DNA of 64,000 nt, from positions 9,886,286 to 9,950,285 of the forward strand of contig OZ316898.1 in the NCBI GenBank assembly GCA_973895155.1, written 5' to 3'. A program made the translations under genes and the position numbers. Source of the stretch: Marsupella aquatica (lineage: Eukaryota > Plantae > Marchantiophyta). A model generated the notes under the pieces. That model ran no database searches. It worked only from the letters and a program-made list of their open reading frames with translations, and had not been told where the DNA came from. Shown here piece by piece: positions 1-12,757 of the stretch. Position 1 is the stretch's first letter. Each line of letters begins with the position of its first letter.

Positions 1-1243
1 TAAAAATTGGTGGAGGACTAAAGATAGGACAAGAGGAGGACATTTGAACACGGAGATGGTTTTCAGGCCGCAAGACATCCGCCGTGTCTTCATTATTCTA
101 CAGGGTATATGACACTGCCAAAGTGCCAAACTACGTACACTCCAAATTAATGCGGATTGTTTACAACTCAGGTTCCACCCAGGCGCGACTCGGACTGCCA
201 TACGAGTTTGTACAATACAGGTCTTCCTTCGTTACACCACTGATACGGAATACGGAGGTACGAACCGGGGGCGGTAGAACGCGGGATGCCGGAATGCCGG
301 TTGCAGCGTGAAGAAGGGGTCGTTTCTATTTCTTTATTATTGTTTTCATGACTGACACAATCGACGGCGAGGAAGTAGAAGGTGCCGGTGTGGAGGGATC
401 TCGAGCCGTCAATTTCGAGTTCGTTAACTGCAGTTAGTTTCCTGTTTCCCCAAACGCGGAAATGAAAATCTCTGTTCGGGCCTGTATTCTGCAGTCCCTA
501 GCGTCCCGAACTCAGGCTGGCGGTAATTCTCCGAGAATTATTGGTTCTAATAATAGGGTGTCTCAAATCTTTCCTTTTTGCCTCAACAACAACTTCCCCA
601 AAAACATGGTACCCAAACTCTACCGTAGTCGTCATTAGGTTCGCAGTGAAAATAATTAAATCCAGAAAATTGGACGGCCAGCGCACAAATTTGTGACTGC
701 ATACGTGTCAGGCCGGGAAATTATTTTTTACAGTCCGTGAAACAGTTCAATTTTTTTTACCAGTCCCGTTTCACCCACTTTTACTGGGAATTATTTAAAT
801 GTGGGACTCATTCGGCCCGGGTACTCTTGGACATTTTTCCCCGTCATTGAAACACGCGACATGAAATTTGGCACCATTTACGACCGCGATGTGCAAGGCA
901 ATTCACGGAGCACACATTCATGGCTCACAAGAAGACATTCATGATTCACAGGCCCACACGTAGACAGATCCAATGTTTCATGGAGAATGCAGGAGTGTTA
1001 TTCAGATGTTGAAAGCCAAATCATCCACAAGCGAATGGAGGCCTACTTCATTGACAAATTCAATGAATCGTGGAAGATTAAATCCAAACAAAATTTGACA
1101 AAATCACAGAATTGAGTGTGTACACACTTAAAGAAGAGCATACAGGCAAAACGCCCTTAAGTGCCTTCGAGCTTCTATCGATAAAGTTACTACGGCTCAT
1201 CAACTACACTGTAAACTACTTGGAATGCTCTAATCTCTCTAAA

Positions 1244-1924
1244 CTACTTAGAACGCTGCGGTCGTTTGGCAAGTGTTTTGGTTCGCGGGGCTTGTCCATA
1301 GCGCCGTCTAATACTCGCCCGAGCTTCTTCAAGCATCGCAGCCTCCTCCCGTTGTAAACGCCTGTCAAAGTTTGTCAAAGCATTGTCGAAGACGCGACGA
1401 CCATGTGTGCCAACTTCATCTTGTACAGCAGCGCTGGCGCGAGGTGATTCCGCATTGTCGGGAGGAGGCATTGCCTCCCTTCGCAATTGGTTGGGCGGAC
1501 GGTTATCTGAAGTGAAATGCTTTGGATCCAAGTCGTATTGGTCCTGTGGAATGGATGAAAGTTGGAAGAAAATGTCGGCAGGAACCTGCACTGCAATTGC
1601 ATACACATCCACTCCAACACATTTGAACAGAAGCTCCTTGCCAAAGCAAGTCCTAAAAGGCTCCTTTGATGCGTTGGTCCAATTGCTAACATTGGTGCAA
1701 TAGAGTGTCTGATAATGCATACGTTGGGGTCCATGAGCTGGACTTGAAGGATCCTCGGGCTTGGGCAAGAAGAGTGACTCGCACAACATTGTATCATAGT
1801 TCACAGGACATGGCAGCAAGTGAGAACGGTTGTAGTCCACCGGTGTCAAGCTTGAATCCGCGTTCGACATGGAGCTCCTTACACAAGTCCCACACAATGA
1901 ATCAGAAACAATCCCCAAATCCAC
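1244..1924 (-). CDS. hypothetical protein (cargo ORF or terminal exon inside the pogo-like element)
   Basis: 226-codon open frame with CxxC near the N-end and a charged/basic C-terminus. No recognisable family, and the start is uncertain (non-ATG in the track). Confidence 0.3.
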   Translation of the reverse strand: MDLGIVSDSLCGTCVRSSMSNADSSLTPVDYNRSHLLPCPVNYDTMLCESLFLPKPEDPSSPAHGPQRMHYQTLYCTNVSNWTNASKEPFRTCFGKELLFKCVGVDVYAIAVQVPADIFFQLSSIPQDQYDLDPKHFTSDNRPPNQLRREAMPPPDNAESPRASAAVQDEVGTHGRRVFDNALTNFDRRLQREEAAMLEEARASIRRRYGQAPRTKTLAKRPQRSK

Positions 1925-2774
1925 ACAAAAGGAGCTGCGGCGCCAGAGCGAAGTCGATTAGGCACAATGCAAGACACCAGAATGAGTTAGTCCTACCAGG
2001 CAAGCCAAACTTTATCCCGAATCCAGTAAAATCGACCCGTTGTGTCTTTAGTGCCGGTTACGCTCCTCACACTTCGTCATTAAGACATTTTGAGACGACA
2101 CAAGCAAAGTTTGTACTGGCCAAAGTAAATCAAGAATGTATGTACCTCCAAGTGGGTGTAGATGTTGACGTCTAACGTCCAATTTCGCTCCTTGCAAGTG
2201 TACTTGATTGGCACTTGTGGGATTCAAACCCAGACTATTAGCCTCAACTCCAATTAGTCATTCATTGAGCACATACGAGGAGAAAAAAACCTTTGACATC
2301 CTTCAGTTAATCTTGCATTCCAAAATGTCTCCTTGCGGACAAACTACAGGACTACAGAATACAAACGGCAAGTGCTAATCTGTAACTAACTACCGCAAAC
2401 AATTCAGCCTCCTGACCATCCCCAAACAAAATCGTGCCGTCTAGATTGGCATCACAATCCAAGCTGCAAGAGCTTCAGCCCTTTCTCTCAGGTGTCTGCA
2501 TATGGAGTTGTAGCATAGGGATCCGTAAGGTATGTTTGAAAGTCTGTAGGACCACTATTAACGACCTGTGTGAAATCAAACAATCGATCATCCGAGATGT
2601 CACCGATCATCGCTAACTCGTTCAAATTTGGTAAGCTTCTACCACCAGCACAACTCTAAACAACTTGGTTCAAATCCAAGTCTCCATCCCACTCCTGCAT
2701 GAGTACAGCTCCAGGACACGGTTCTGGCTCCAAAGAGGTGTCTCCTCCGGCAGTCCAATTGTTAAACCTCCCTC

Positions 2775-3025
2775 CTAAACACTGAAAGCTTCCTCCTGAA
2801 ACTCTGCAGTCCAAGCTCGCAACAAGCCACACTTGGTCCATCCTTTCAACAACATATCATTCAAAGCAGAAATATCTGTAAATGCTTTGTACAAAAATTC
2901 CACTGCTTTCACTCGGAATGTGCATATTGCCAAGTCCAATCTAGATGACTGAGGGATGATCCCAGATGAGAATTGATTCGCTATCATCCTGGTGGCCCAC
3001 ACATGGTATTGCTTTTGAAAACTGA
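2775..3025 (-). pseudogene. C-terminal fragment of a pogo/Tigger (DDE_1)-type transposase
   Basis: FQKQYHVW...RLDL...AVEFLYKAF...MLLKGWTKCGLLRAW resembles the post-catalytic helices of pogo-family transposases. The catalytic part is missing and is replaced by unrelated DNA from about 3030. Confidence 0.55.
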
Positions 3026-5699
3026 TCCAATTTCTCATTCACTTGTCATCTACCATTTAACCTTTTTGTCAAACAATTAGTGATGACCTGTACGATTACT
3101 CGAGACAGTGATCTAGAACTATCTTAGTTTGATCCTCCGCCTGTTACTTGAATTGAATGTCAATTTCCCTTTCCCCTTTCAGTTAATGTTTCTTCATAGA
3201 GGATTTCCAAACCCATTGTAGAAAGTTCTTCAGACACTGACTCTTCTTCTTCCTCTCTAATAATTCTCACCCAACTCTCAATCAGGGCTTTACATTCATT
3301 CGGGGCATTTTGTAGCCCAAATGGGATGTGTTCCAATTTAAACGACCAATCAGAGGTAGTTAATTCCATGTTACCTACTCTGGGTCTCACTCAGAATTTG
3401 CCTCTTATCCATTACTCAACATTTCACTTTGGCAAGGATTCCTTTAACAATTTGTAATCTCAATCACCACATGCCATACTATTCTGATATTTCCTTTTAC
3501 AGGTTCCAACCAAATCCAAATGAATTCTCCATTGTCAAATTTTAATATTTCCAGCCATCTCTTTTTCAATATCAATTTCTTAGTCTTGATTCTAATGACA
3601 TACAGCAAATACAAGCTATGCAATCAAATGCTCCCTGAATTCCTACCAATAGGCCTTGATTGCATCTTTCATTCCATGAACACATCAATTTCTTTACATG
3701 GTTTTTCTTCCATGGGCTTCCATCTACCTTCAGATCTAGCAATCCGGCACTACCTCCTCCTGGGCTGCCTCTCGAGCTTCCTGATTCTGAAAGTTTCCAC
3801 AACAAAAGACCTCTCCCATTCCTACTCTGCTACCCTATATTTATGCTACAGGCAAGTTTGCCCAACTGACTCTAACAATTAGCAGTTGTAACTGTCAAAC
3901 TGCTTATTCAGTTTTTCTAACCGCTTCATTCTACTAAAGGCATAGGTTAATCGTTACTTGTCACAGTAACTATTAATTGTTACTCGCTACTGGATCGTGC
4001 ATCTCTTAACTGGTTGTCTTTCGGTTAATCGTTCTTCGGAACGATCAGTCGAAAGTTCGTCCTTTGGCTTGGTGGCTCCAATGTTAAGCACTTGAATGGC
4101 TACCTCCCCCGGTTCTACTGGTGTTTCACTGACTCTTGCTTCTGATCACCGGTATGTGGGGTGAGTCCTCATTCTTTGGAATCCCAGTATCTGTTGAGTA
4201 CTCTTGCTGCGGTTCTATGCAATTCTCACTACCCAGAAGTCATTCATTACACGATGACAGTCTCTCTCCTGGGTTCCAAGTTGCTTGTGAAATTCATGAC
4301 CAGGCACTCCAAACAATTGACAGCCAGCTTCTTCCCATACTTGATACACAACAGTGTTGATTTGCACACAGAAATTGTACAGGTGTTGGCCTGATCCAAC
4401 CGTTTTACAAAAATGGTTGATTCGCTTCCGATTCGACGACCCTGCATCCTGGTGTTCTCTGTTCATTCTAGCCCTGCGAGCATTTGGACCTAAAGTGCAT
4501 ATTTTCCCATCTTCCAAGGGAATATCACATCCTTCATAAACTAGCTCGCTACCATGCATGCCCCAAATAGCTTCAATGGTTACTCCAATCAGACAGAGGA
4601 CTCCAGATTGCTCCATCTCCGTAAAGTTGTTGCTATATCACAAAAACTGAACCTCGACTAGAAAAATGAAGTTCGTCTAGAGGTTTTTAGGGTTAACATT
4701 GTGGAGGCTTTAAAGTCTTGATTTCTACTTAACTATAACTCAACTATTAGCTTAATTGCTACTAATCTTAACTGGCTAAAATGTAACATTTCAGGTCTTC
4801 AACTCCCGCTTCAGCTCCAAATTCAACCAATTCACATCGACGATCAAAATGAGCAGCCCCGACAATCGCGAACCTTCCATTCGGCAACAATCTCACTCCC
4901 GCTGCTCGCGAAATCTCCAAACAAACCCTATCGACGCGCCAAACCGCAAAAACTCCCAGGAATCCATCGCTGTCATGAACACAACATTCATCGGTCCCTC
5001 TACCGTGAACACGAAGAGAAACTTAGATGGCGCCGCGAACAAAGGTTTAGGGCAGGCAAATGCAAAAACACTGATATATCGATACTAGGATCATCGACGG
5101 CTGGGAAAAAATTGCCCATAGGATCGCGGCAGGTGGAAACACCTTAAAAATAATGTTTCGCGGTCGGTGACCGCGACCCTAATGTCGACTACGGTACTAG
5201 TTTCAATCAGGGTCAGGAGTTTGGGTGCCATTTTTCCCATTAATTTCAAGGTTTAAGATGCCCTAAAATAAAATTACTTTCAAAGCAAAGAACAATTCTG
5301 ATTTGGGATGATGGTGCTTACCTTAGTGCAGTCCAGCAATTTTTTGGTGGCCAAAATTAGCTAGATTTCACACTCACTATGAAAGTGTTGGTCATTTTTG
5401 GCTACAACTCTCCAGATTTTTCTTGTGCACTAACCAGTTTTGCATCTAGTCCCAAAGCCCAATAGCCCAATGTAACTATTATCCTTAATCTATGGATAAT
5501 TGATGGCGAATGGGAATACTAGGGAATGATTATTGTTAGCATCACATTTGTCACCCTACAGAAAAAGAAAAAACTGCAAAATTAAACTTGGAGAAACATC
5601 AAAACTTAAGCTGATGCCATTCATATACAGGATCCCAATAACAAAGCAGCCTAATAAAGGGGTGAAGGAAAGGGAAGAGGCCTGAGCAAAACCAATGAG

Positions 5700-8260
5700 G
5701 TCAAACAAGGCGCCCCCCCCCCCCCCCACACACACAAACACAAAGGAACAAAGACAAATGCAAACAAGAAACTAACAAAGAAACCAAGAAGACTAACACC
5801 CTACTGGGCCAAAAACTGAAAGCCTCGTAGAGTTCCAGAGTAAACCGCATGGGAGGGTCACAAAGGGTCACAAAGTGGAATCTGTCTAGAGACCATAAAA
5901 CCAATTGCATCAGCCCTACCAAGGAGGGTGAAAGCCTGGGCCCACAGTAAGGCCACAGACACCCTTTGTCTAAAGAAGGCAGTGCAAACTGAAACAGGTG
6001 GGAAAGGCCTCTGCTCAATACAAAAAGCTACATAGGCTCAAAGAAATTGGTCGTAGGTATGGCGGAGAGAGCCACAAACCTCAAGAGCAAACAGGTAGAA
6101 AGATCCCTTGAGTATCGAATTGCATATGCTTCCTCCTTGAGCCTGGTTGCCTTGGCTGCAGCATGTCCTTGCACATGGGCGGCCACCACAATGTGGCTCC
6201 CTCTAGTAGGAGCGGCCACAACCACATCACCAAGTGCCCAAACGCCAGCCCTAGAAAAAACCAAATGAGCCCACTGCCGGTCAGGAACACCATCCCGAGG
6301 GGGGAGCACATGTTGTTGCTCTATAACAACATGGTACCCCAAGTCCCGAGCAATGGCAGCCACCGCATCCCAAATGTCATCACGACTGGCAGTCCGCTTG
6401 CTCCCATGGCCACATCTGAGGACATGAACTCCCAAAGGTTCTTGCAATGCCCCACAAACACAAGTGGGTTAGCCAAGGAGATAGGGGTGAGGAAGTCCCA
6501 GCCGAGGGCACAAAAAAGTGATAAAGAGGAAGGAGCTCAAACGAAAGGGGCCCCACCAAGGGCTAGCAGATAGCCAAGTGCAGAACCAGTCCCAACACAA
6601 AATAGGAGGCAAGACCAGACCGAGTCGGAAGGTGCTTTGGAGAGCATATTGGAAAGGGTGTGATGGTGCATGCGGTCCTAAATCACTTGCTGAACACAAT
6701 CCGGACTATGTAAGACCACCTCCACAAAGGCTGGAACAGCGGCCTGCACGGCCTTCAGCAATAGGGAGCAGGCTTGGCAAAGGCTGACTAAAAAGGGAGG
6801 ACCCCGTCCTCAACCCCCATGATGTGGTCAAAGAGGATGGGCTGAAGATCCACAATGAAGCGAGAGGCAAAGGTTCCCATTCCAGTGGTGTCAAAGATGA
6901 GAACAATGACATAAACAATGGAGTGGACGGCACAGCCCTCAAAAGATATGAAGGGAGTCAGACAAAGAGTGAACCAGAATCATGAAAGTACTTTGATCTT
7001 TGCCAAGGGCCACCAATTGGTCAATAATGTAAAGCACATCCTGAGATAGAAATTGTGTGCAAAGACTCACGGAGAAGAGCATCCTCCCCAAATGGGACCC
7101 CTAGGACCCGAATGCCCTCCGCAAGAGTGCGACAAGGTGGGGGAGGAGTGAAAGAAATAAGGGAGTGGAAGCAAAGACCAAACCCTTCTGAGACTGAACT
7201 GAAAGGCAAAGAAGCACCATCTGGTCAACAAAGTGGATATAACCATCACCTAAGATCATAGTGGGTTCCACCACATGAGTATCATCGGCAATGGATGAAA
7301 CATGCACGGGGAAAAGCCACTGGCTCGAAGTGCACACAGTGAGCCATTGCAAACAAGGCACCTCCAATGGGATCCCCCTGTTGTGTACCCAACTTTGACA
7401 GAATGGTCGTGTAGGACCCAAGACTTAGGGTCCCGCTTAGGGTCAGGGTAGAACAACAAGACAAGGGTCCCACAGACGGCTCAAACAAACGGAACGAGGG
7501 ATGCAATCTCCCCACCCGTGTCCCACATCTCCTCAACAATTGCACGTCGAGAAACAGAGTTGAATGCATTAGCCACGTCCACCTAGATGACCCCCCCAAT
7601 CAGGGACGATGCCCCCGATGGCACGGAGGCCATGCACTTCACTCTCATAACTGTCCGGGGTGGCCACCCCAAGCTAATGGGGGGAAGAGGAGAAACAAAT
7701 AGTGACCGAGTCTAGGGGGGGTCACTTCCACGGACGTGGCACATCATGTGCAACGAACTATAAACCCATTTAAATAGGTGTGGTGGAAGACTTCCAAAGT
7801 TTGGTGGAAGAACACATAGGGCATGTTTTATCTAGTCAACTTTAAAGAACACATAGGCCTATTTAATTGTAAAAATACTTTCTTTAAAGTTTTTAAGGGT
7901 TTTTTAGTAAAAACTGACAAAATTTAAAGAAAGAAAGGGTTTTGCAAAAAAATATTTTTCACTTATAAATTAGGGGGGTCAAACCCTAAAACGTCGCACG
8001 CAATGTATGGCCCTCCATGTAGTGACCCCCCCAGGACCGAGTTTGAAGGCAAACACAACGACTGACCATCCAATAAAGAATGTCCCCTATGGCGAGGGGC
8101 CATCCCTGATAGGCTCCTTGGTCATGGCCAAAAGCCGGGCAACAATAGGAGGAATATATGGCCCCCGGCAACATGAGCACAAACCTGAAAAAACTGAGAA
8201 AACCCAAATTCGGAGTCGACTGGAAGGAAGCAATCCAACAACTGTTAAAACATCATCCTA
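5700..8260 (-). mobile_element. decayed CRE-like non-LTR retrotransposon (RT + restriction-like endonuclease)
   Basis: Fragmented RT motifs in order on the minus strand: (R)PLAIGDILY.MVSR (~8100), VDVANAFNSVSR (~7570), GTQQGDPIGGALF (~7380), IADD (~7285), GIRVLGVPFG (~7100). Then H.LRC.HG..R...RD...E...ALGDVVV..P...K...Y (6028-6447), typical of the Zn-knuckle/RLE end. Many frameshifts and stops; outer boundaries approximate. Confidence 0.75.
7715..8032. mobile_element. MITE-like insertion within the CRE-like RT
   Basis: Ends GGGGGGGTCACT...AGTGACCCCCCC with an AT-rich core. Direct repeat GACCGAGT lies near both ends (7704-7711, 8035-8042). RT-like coding sequence resumes on both sides. Confidence 0.7.
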
Positions 8261-9429
8261 GATTGGCCAGCAGCCAAACGACATGGCAAGTGCAGGAAAA
8301 CGGATATGAAAACCTGTCCATTCAATAAAGAAAGGAATACTTCAATTGTGGATCCTACTAACAGAATATTCTTGGGTTAAACCAATAAAGAAGTTTGCCA
8401 TGTGAATTTTAAAAATATCCTTAGCATCCCAAATGTTTTTAGATGTATGCATAGTTTCTAAAATTTTAAAAATGATTACCCAATTTTTACTAAACAGACT
8501 AGTATGGATTTGTTTTATGAGTAAAGTGTTATTTGAGTGAAAGAAAGATTATTTTGCAATCAATCCAGGTGCTCGTCCATCCTGGCTTCAGTATCTCTCC
8601 CCAGGCATTTTGTGAAACATTGAAAAGTTTCTAGAAATTTATTTCTAAAATGAATAAATGTTAGATGACCCGGGTCAGATTTCTTCACGTCGGCTGCACA
8701 TCTTAGGCAGTGGGGCAAACTACTCATGTTTTTCGTTGGTGGTTCTAAACATTAGCAAAGATGCCTACTATGTTACTCTACTGACAAGCACAGGTCAAGT
8801 ATTTTCTTTCAATTATATAATATTTATGACTATTATTGTAGAGTATTTTCTGGCTAATATTCCCCATAGTGCATTAGATGGTGGCAAATGAAACAAAAAA
8901 AATTCAGTGTCAGCCTGAGTGCAGTTAGCTTGCCAACTTTTTAGGTAAGTCATTGGCTATTTTTTGCCGACCAAAAAAATGGCTGGGGCAAACCAACCCC
9001 AAAAACAATCACACCTGTAGCTTGCTAGTGGATCAGGTTACTTTTGGCTACTAGAAGATAGGATTGTTGGACTATAACTTTTTCTAGGAAGAGGTCTCAG
9101 TACTATGGACTAAACTTTTTTGAGGGGCATGTAAGAATGTATGTCAATGGTGCATTTTTCAAAAAATTGGTTTAACTTTAATTTGGCCTATTATAACAGT
9201 TTTCCTTGTCATTCTTTACGGACCACATGAGAGGTCCCTTCCAAAATTCCTGGCACCATAGTGTGCCACGTCAACAACAACCGCAACAAACAAGACTCAT
9301 CAGTTTTATGAATCAAACTTATAGTGTTCATTCGTGTTTATGTCAATTTGGGTGTAAATTTTGGGATGCCATGCCGTAAAAAGAAAAGTAAAAAATTAGA
9401 AATGCAAAGAGCAGGATGGTTAAAATTGT

Positions 9430-9530
9430 CACTATGTAACCGTTTTAGTTACGTATCCAATTTTAAAACTTAAATTCAATCACTATGTAACCGTTTTAGT
9501 TATGTATCCAATTTTAAAACTTAAATTCAA
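9430..9530. repeat. 51-bp tandem duplication
   Basis: CACTATGTAACCGTTTTAGTTA(C/T)GTATCCAATTTTAAAACTTAAATTCAA x2. Confidence 0.9.
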
Positions 9531-9649
9531 AGATTGAAAAATATTTTTCATATAATAAATAATGACTAATAACAAACTTGACAGCTTCCTTGTTAAAGGG
9601 TAATTGGCACCTGGAGTAAGATTTTCGGCCCTTTGCAATTAAGGTAAAC

Positions 9650-10005
9650 TGCTAGCCATGGTCCGTACTTGAACTCAACAAATTGATACAATTTATTTGA
9701 TTGAACAACATTGATCTGGTTTCAAATGCACTTGCCACGGATTGAATTTTAATTGACTCTCTTAGCTTGATAACCACCGTTTCGCCTGCAAAGCAAAGTA
9801 TTCCTACAGTAGTTGAAGGAATGCCAAACTGCCAACTATGGTCCAAACTTGAACTCAATGAACTGAAACAATTCATTTGATTAGCCATTCATCTAATTTC
9901 AAATGGACTTGCCACTGATTGAATTCTGACTCTCTTAGCTTGAGAATTTGGTTGCATGTAGCTTTTGCTTGTGCTCACAAGTTGAAGGAATGCCAAACTG
10001 CTCAG
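9650..10005. repeat. diverged ~180-bp tandem duplication
   Basis: ATGGTCC..ACTTGAACTCAA...GACTCTCTTAGCTTGA and GTTGAAGGAATGCCAAACTG each occur twice at about 180-bp spacing. Confidence 0.75.
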
Positions 10006-11233
10006 GCCATCGCTGAATGGGTCCACATTGATTTTGTGAGAAAATTTAATCTAAACAATACAAACTGTAAAATTATCCTACTTGTCCAACACAACATGAC
10101 TATCAGCTTCCCTTCCTAATCAAACTTCTCTCTTCTCTAAGCTTAAACTCTTCCCTTCTCCATTTGGTGAATAGCTGTGTCAAGGTGATGAGGCTATTAA
10201 CCTTTAATTCAAAACTTGCCAAAGTCGGATTGCAATGAAATCTCAAGTATTTCCAATTATTTGAAAGTACATTGACAAATTGGGTGACACATCTTCTACA
10301 AACATGACTCATGATTAGCTACTAGAAAGCTTAGGGTTTGTAGTTGAGAAAAGCAAGGAGAAAAGCAGACTTCTCAATTAGCCAAGGGGTCCACGAAACT
10401 AATTCTATTTTAAATTACTTGAACCCCATATATTCTTCACTATTTTAAATTTCAAGTTAATTGAAGCCCCCTATATAATTTTAACATTTCTTTCTCTTGA
10501 TTCCCTCCCAGCCCCAAGTGGAGTCATCTACCACAACTGGATTCAACTACCACATTGTAAACAGTGCTGCAGCGTAAATAAAAAATTGATTATACATTTG
10601 AAGTATGAATCTTTATGACTCTCCAGTTTGGCCGATTGGGGCTACATGTGACTCAAATTCACCCCGCTATTGTGACATTCCTTTCTTGTATCATTGTATA
10701 ATTTCTTATAGAATTATTTTTATATAAAATAATGGAAATGAATTGTATGACTAATTACATGTCTTGGATGGGCTTTTGCCCTCTGTCCGGCTTTGCCCCT
10801 CTCTCGCTCTCGTAGAGGGGGGTGGACGATCCCTTTCGTAGATAAATATAAAAAAACATTCATACTCATATGCTTTGAAATTAGTCTTTTTTTTCAAATA
10901 TTTACGTGGAAGCGAAACTTGTAATTGAAGATGCCATCCCGTATCTGTGTCCTCACTCCAGCCGTAAGGTCTCCTTCAACTTATTTTTTTATTTCTTGGG
11001 TCTCCAATAGGGCGTCTCAAAATTAAGTTATTTAAAGAGCGGTTTGGACGTCCGACTGCAAAAAGGGGTTACCGAAAGTCAGGCCGCGTCACGAGTGTCG
11101 GGCACAGTGTCCAGGGGGTACTTAAAATTGAGTGGTGCTGCGGCCGCAGGTGTGGGTAGCGTACCTTGGGTTAAGACTCCCCTAAACTGCCGACCTAGGC
11201 CTGTCAATACAGAGGGCTCTTTTGAACTGCGCC

Positions 11234-11302
11234 ATTTTTGCCAGTCTCATTTTTGAACTCGTTTTTGCCAGTCTCGTTTTTGAACTCGTTTTTGCCAGTT
11301 TC
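11234..11302. repeat. 27-bp tandem repeat (~2.5 copies), subterminal in the Harbinger element
   Basis: TTTTTGCCAGTCTC(A/G)TTTTTGAACTCG repeated. Confidence 0.85.
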
Positions 11303-11486
11303 AAATCGCGTGTTCCCCCTCTCAGTTTGCCAACCAAATTGTGACGCAATTTTGATTCTCGTCTTCTTCTTAACGTGGGCGCGCATCATGGACAATCGTC
11401 AGTCATGTGCTGAGGGTGGCCAAATTGGAACATCGCAGTCACCATTCCTTGTTCCTGATTCACAACAAACTTAAGCTCAGGAAACG

Positions 11487-12757
11487 ATGGCGCCCCCATC
11501 CGCGCATCAGAACCAGTGTGGAGACAATCAGAAACTCAGGCCAGAGCATCTGCTTAAGATCGTCGAATGGCTTGAAGATCCTGATAATTTTGCTATGCTG
11601 AATGGGTCAAGTCGTCGTCTGGCAGTTGGGGTAAGACATCCCAACAAAAAGACTGTCTTCAAGCTGATGTTAATGATCTTACACTCCAACGGATTTCCGC
11701 GATTTGTAACCACAGGGGAGAACTTGGGGAAACGATTCAATCGTTACGTAAAGAAATACAAGGAGGCCTTGGCAATTAAATCTGATTCAGGTGAAGGGGT
11801 GACCTTGGGAGAGCTACGTGCGGGAATCACACTGGAGGATAAGCTTGAAAAGATCTGCCCTCACTTTGATCGTATGCATGCTCTATATGGAGAGCGTGCC
11901 AATGTTCAACCTCCAAGCACGGGAACAGCAGGCTTACCGGGAGTGCCTGAGCTTTACATCCACCCATCCGATGATGAGGATGAATCTGCCAAAAATGATG
12001 AGCATATAGGTATGTTTACTGTCCAAGAATGTTGTTGTTTTGGGTATTTCTTGATGAGCAAGAAGCGTGTCATTTACAATGGCGTAAAAATGGATGCCTT
12101 TATTGTGCAGGAGAGCCTGATTCCCAATTTGATTTCACATCGGCTTTTGAGGTTGAGTCTGAACATCTGCACTCACGACCAGAACCGGACATTAGCCAGG
12201 CCACTGAAGAGGCTCACCCAGCTGCCTTTGGGCCATGCCAATCAGAGCAAACCACTAAACAGCCACCTGCAGTGCCAACAGCCAATTCGGAAATTCCAGG
12301 GTCGGATGGTGGTCCTGTTCCAAATCCCACTGCACAACGGAACACTTCTGCCTCAAGGAGACCGGGTAAGAGGCCTGCCAATTCGCAAGCAACTTCAAGG
12401 CCTAATTTGGCTGAATTATATGCAGACAAGATAGCAGAGAAGAACTCATATCGGCAACATATGATTACAGTGAAGGATAAGTGGAGAACTGAAGAACTTG
12501 CTGATAGGCGAGAGGCCAGGGAGATTGTAGCACTTCAGACCCTGAAGAGAGATCGCATCCAAAGAAGAGCAGATGAGAAACGGGCTAGAGCGGACCATTT
12601 ACACCAATTGGCTATGCTGCAAACCCAACAGGCCAACTTCATGTTAACTGAACTTTTAAAGTCCAATAGGAGTCGAGAAGAGATCAGAGACCTGATGAGT
12701 TTAATTCCTGGAGATCCAACTGCGACCAACACTCGTGACACTGGAGATGTGTTGTAG
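11487..12757 (+). CDS. Harbinger ORF2, Myb/SANT-like DNA-binding protein (2 exons, 389 aa)
   Basis: Exons 11487-12009 and 12111-12757 are joined by a GT..AG intron (12010-12110) that restores one frame. N-terminal helical domain ends in LEKICPHFDRMHALYGERANVQP (Harbinger ORF2-like), followed by a low-complexity linker and C-terminal coiled coil. Confidence 0.8.

Larger units (their letters stand above)
623..5194 (-). mobile_element. pogo/Tc1-mariner-like TIR DNA transposon, non-autonomous/decayed
   Basis: 27-bp imperfect TIRs: CCGTAGTCGTCATTAGGTTCGCAGTGA (623-649) vs reverse complement of 5168-5194, CCGTAGTCGACATTAGGGTCGCGGTCA (23/27). TA flanks both ends (621-622, 5195-5196). Contains a DDE_1-like transposase remnant. 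Confidence 0.8.

Noticed and set aside
3160-3390. Reverse transcriptase gene from the IPFGLQNAP motif
   Set aside because: It is a single short motif with no flanking RT motifs (no YxDD), which is not enough to call.
11487-12434. 315-aa unspliced ORF as the real protein
   Set aside because: It reads through a GT-AG intron (12010-12110); splicing into the 12029-12757 frame gives a more coherent ORF2.
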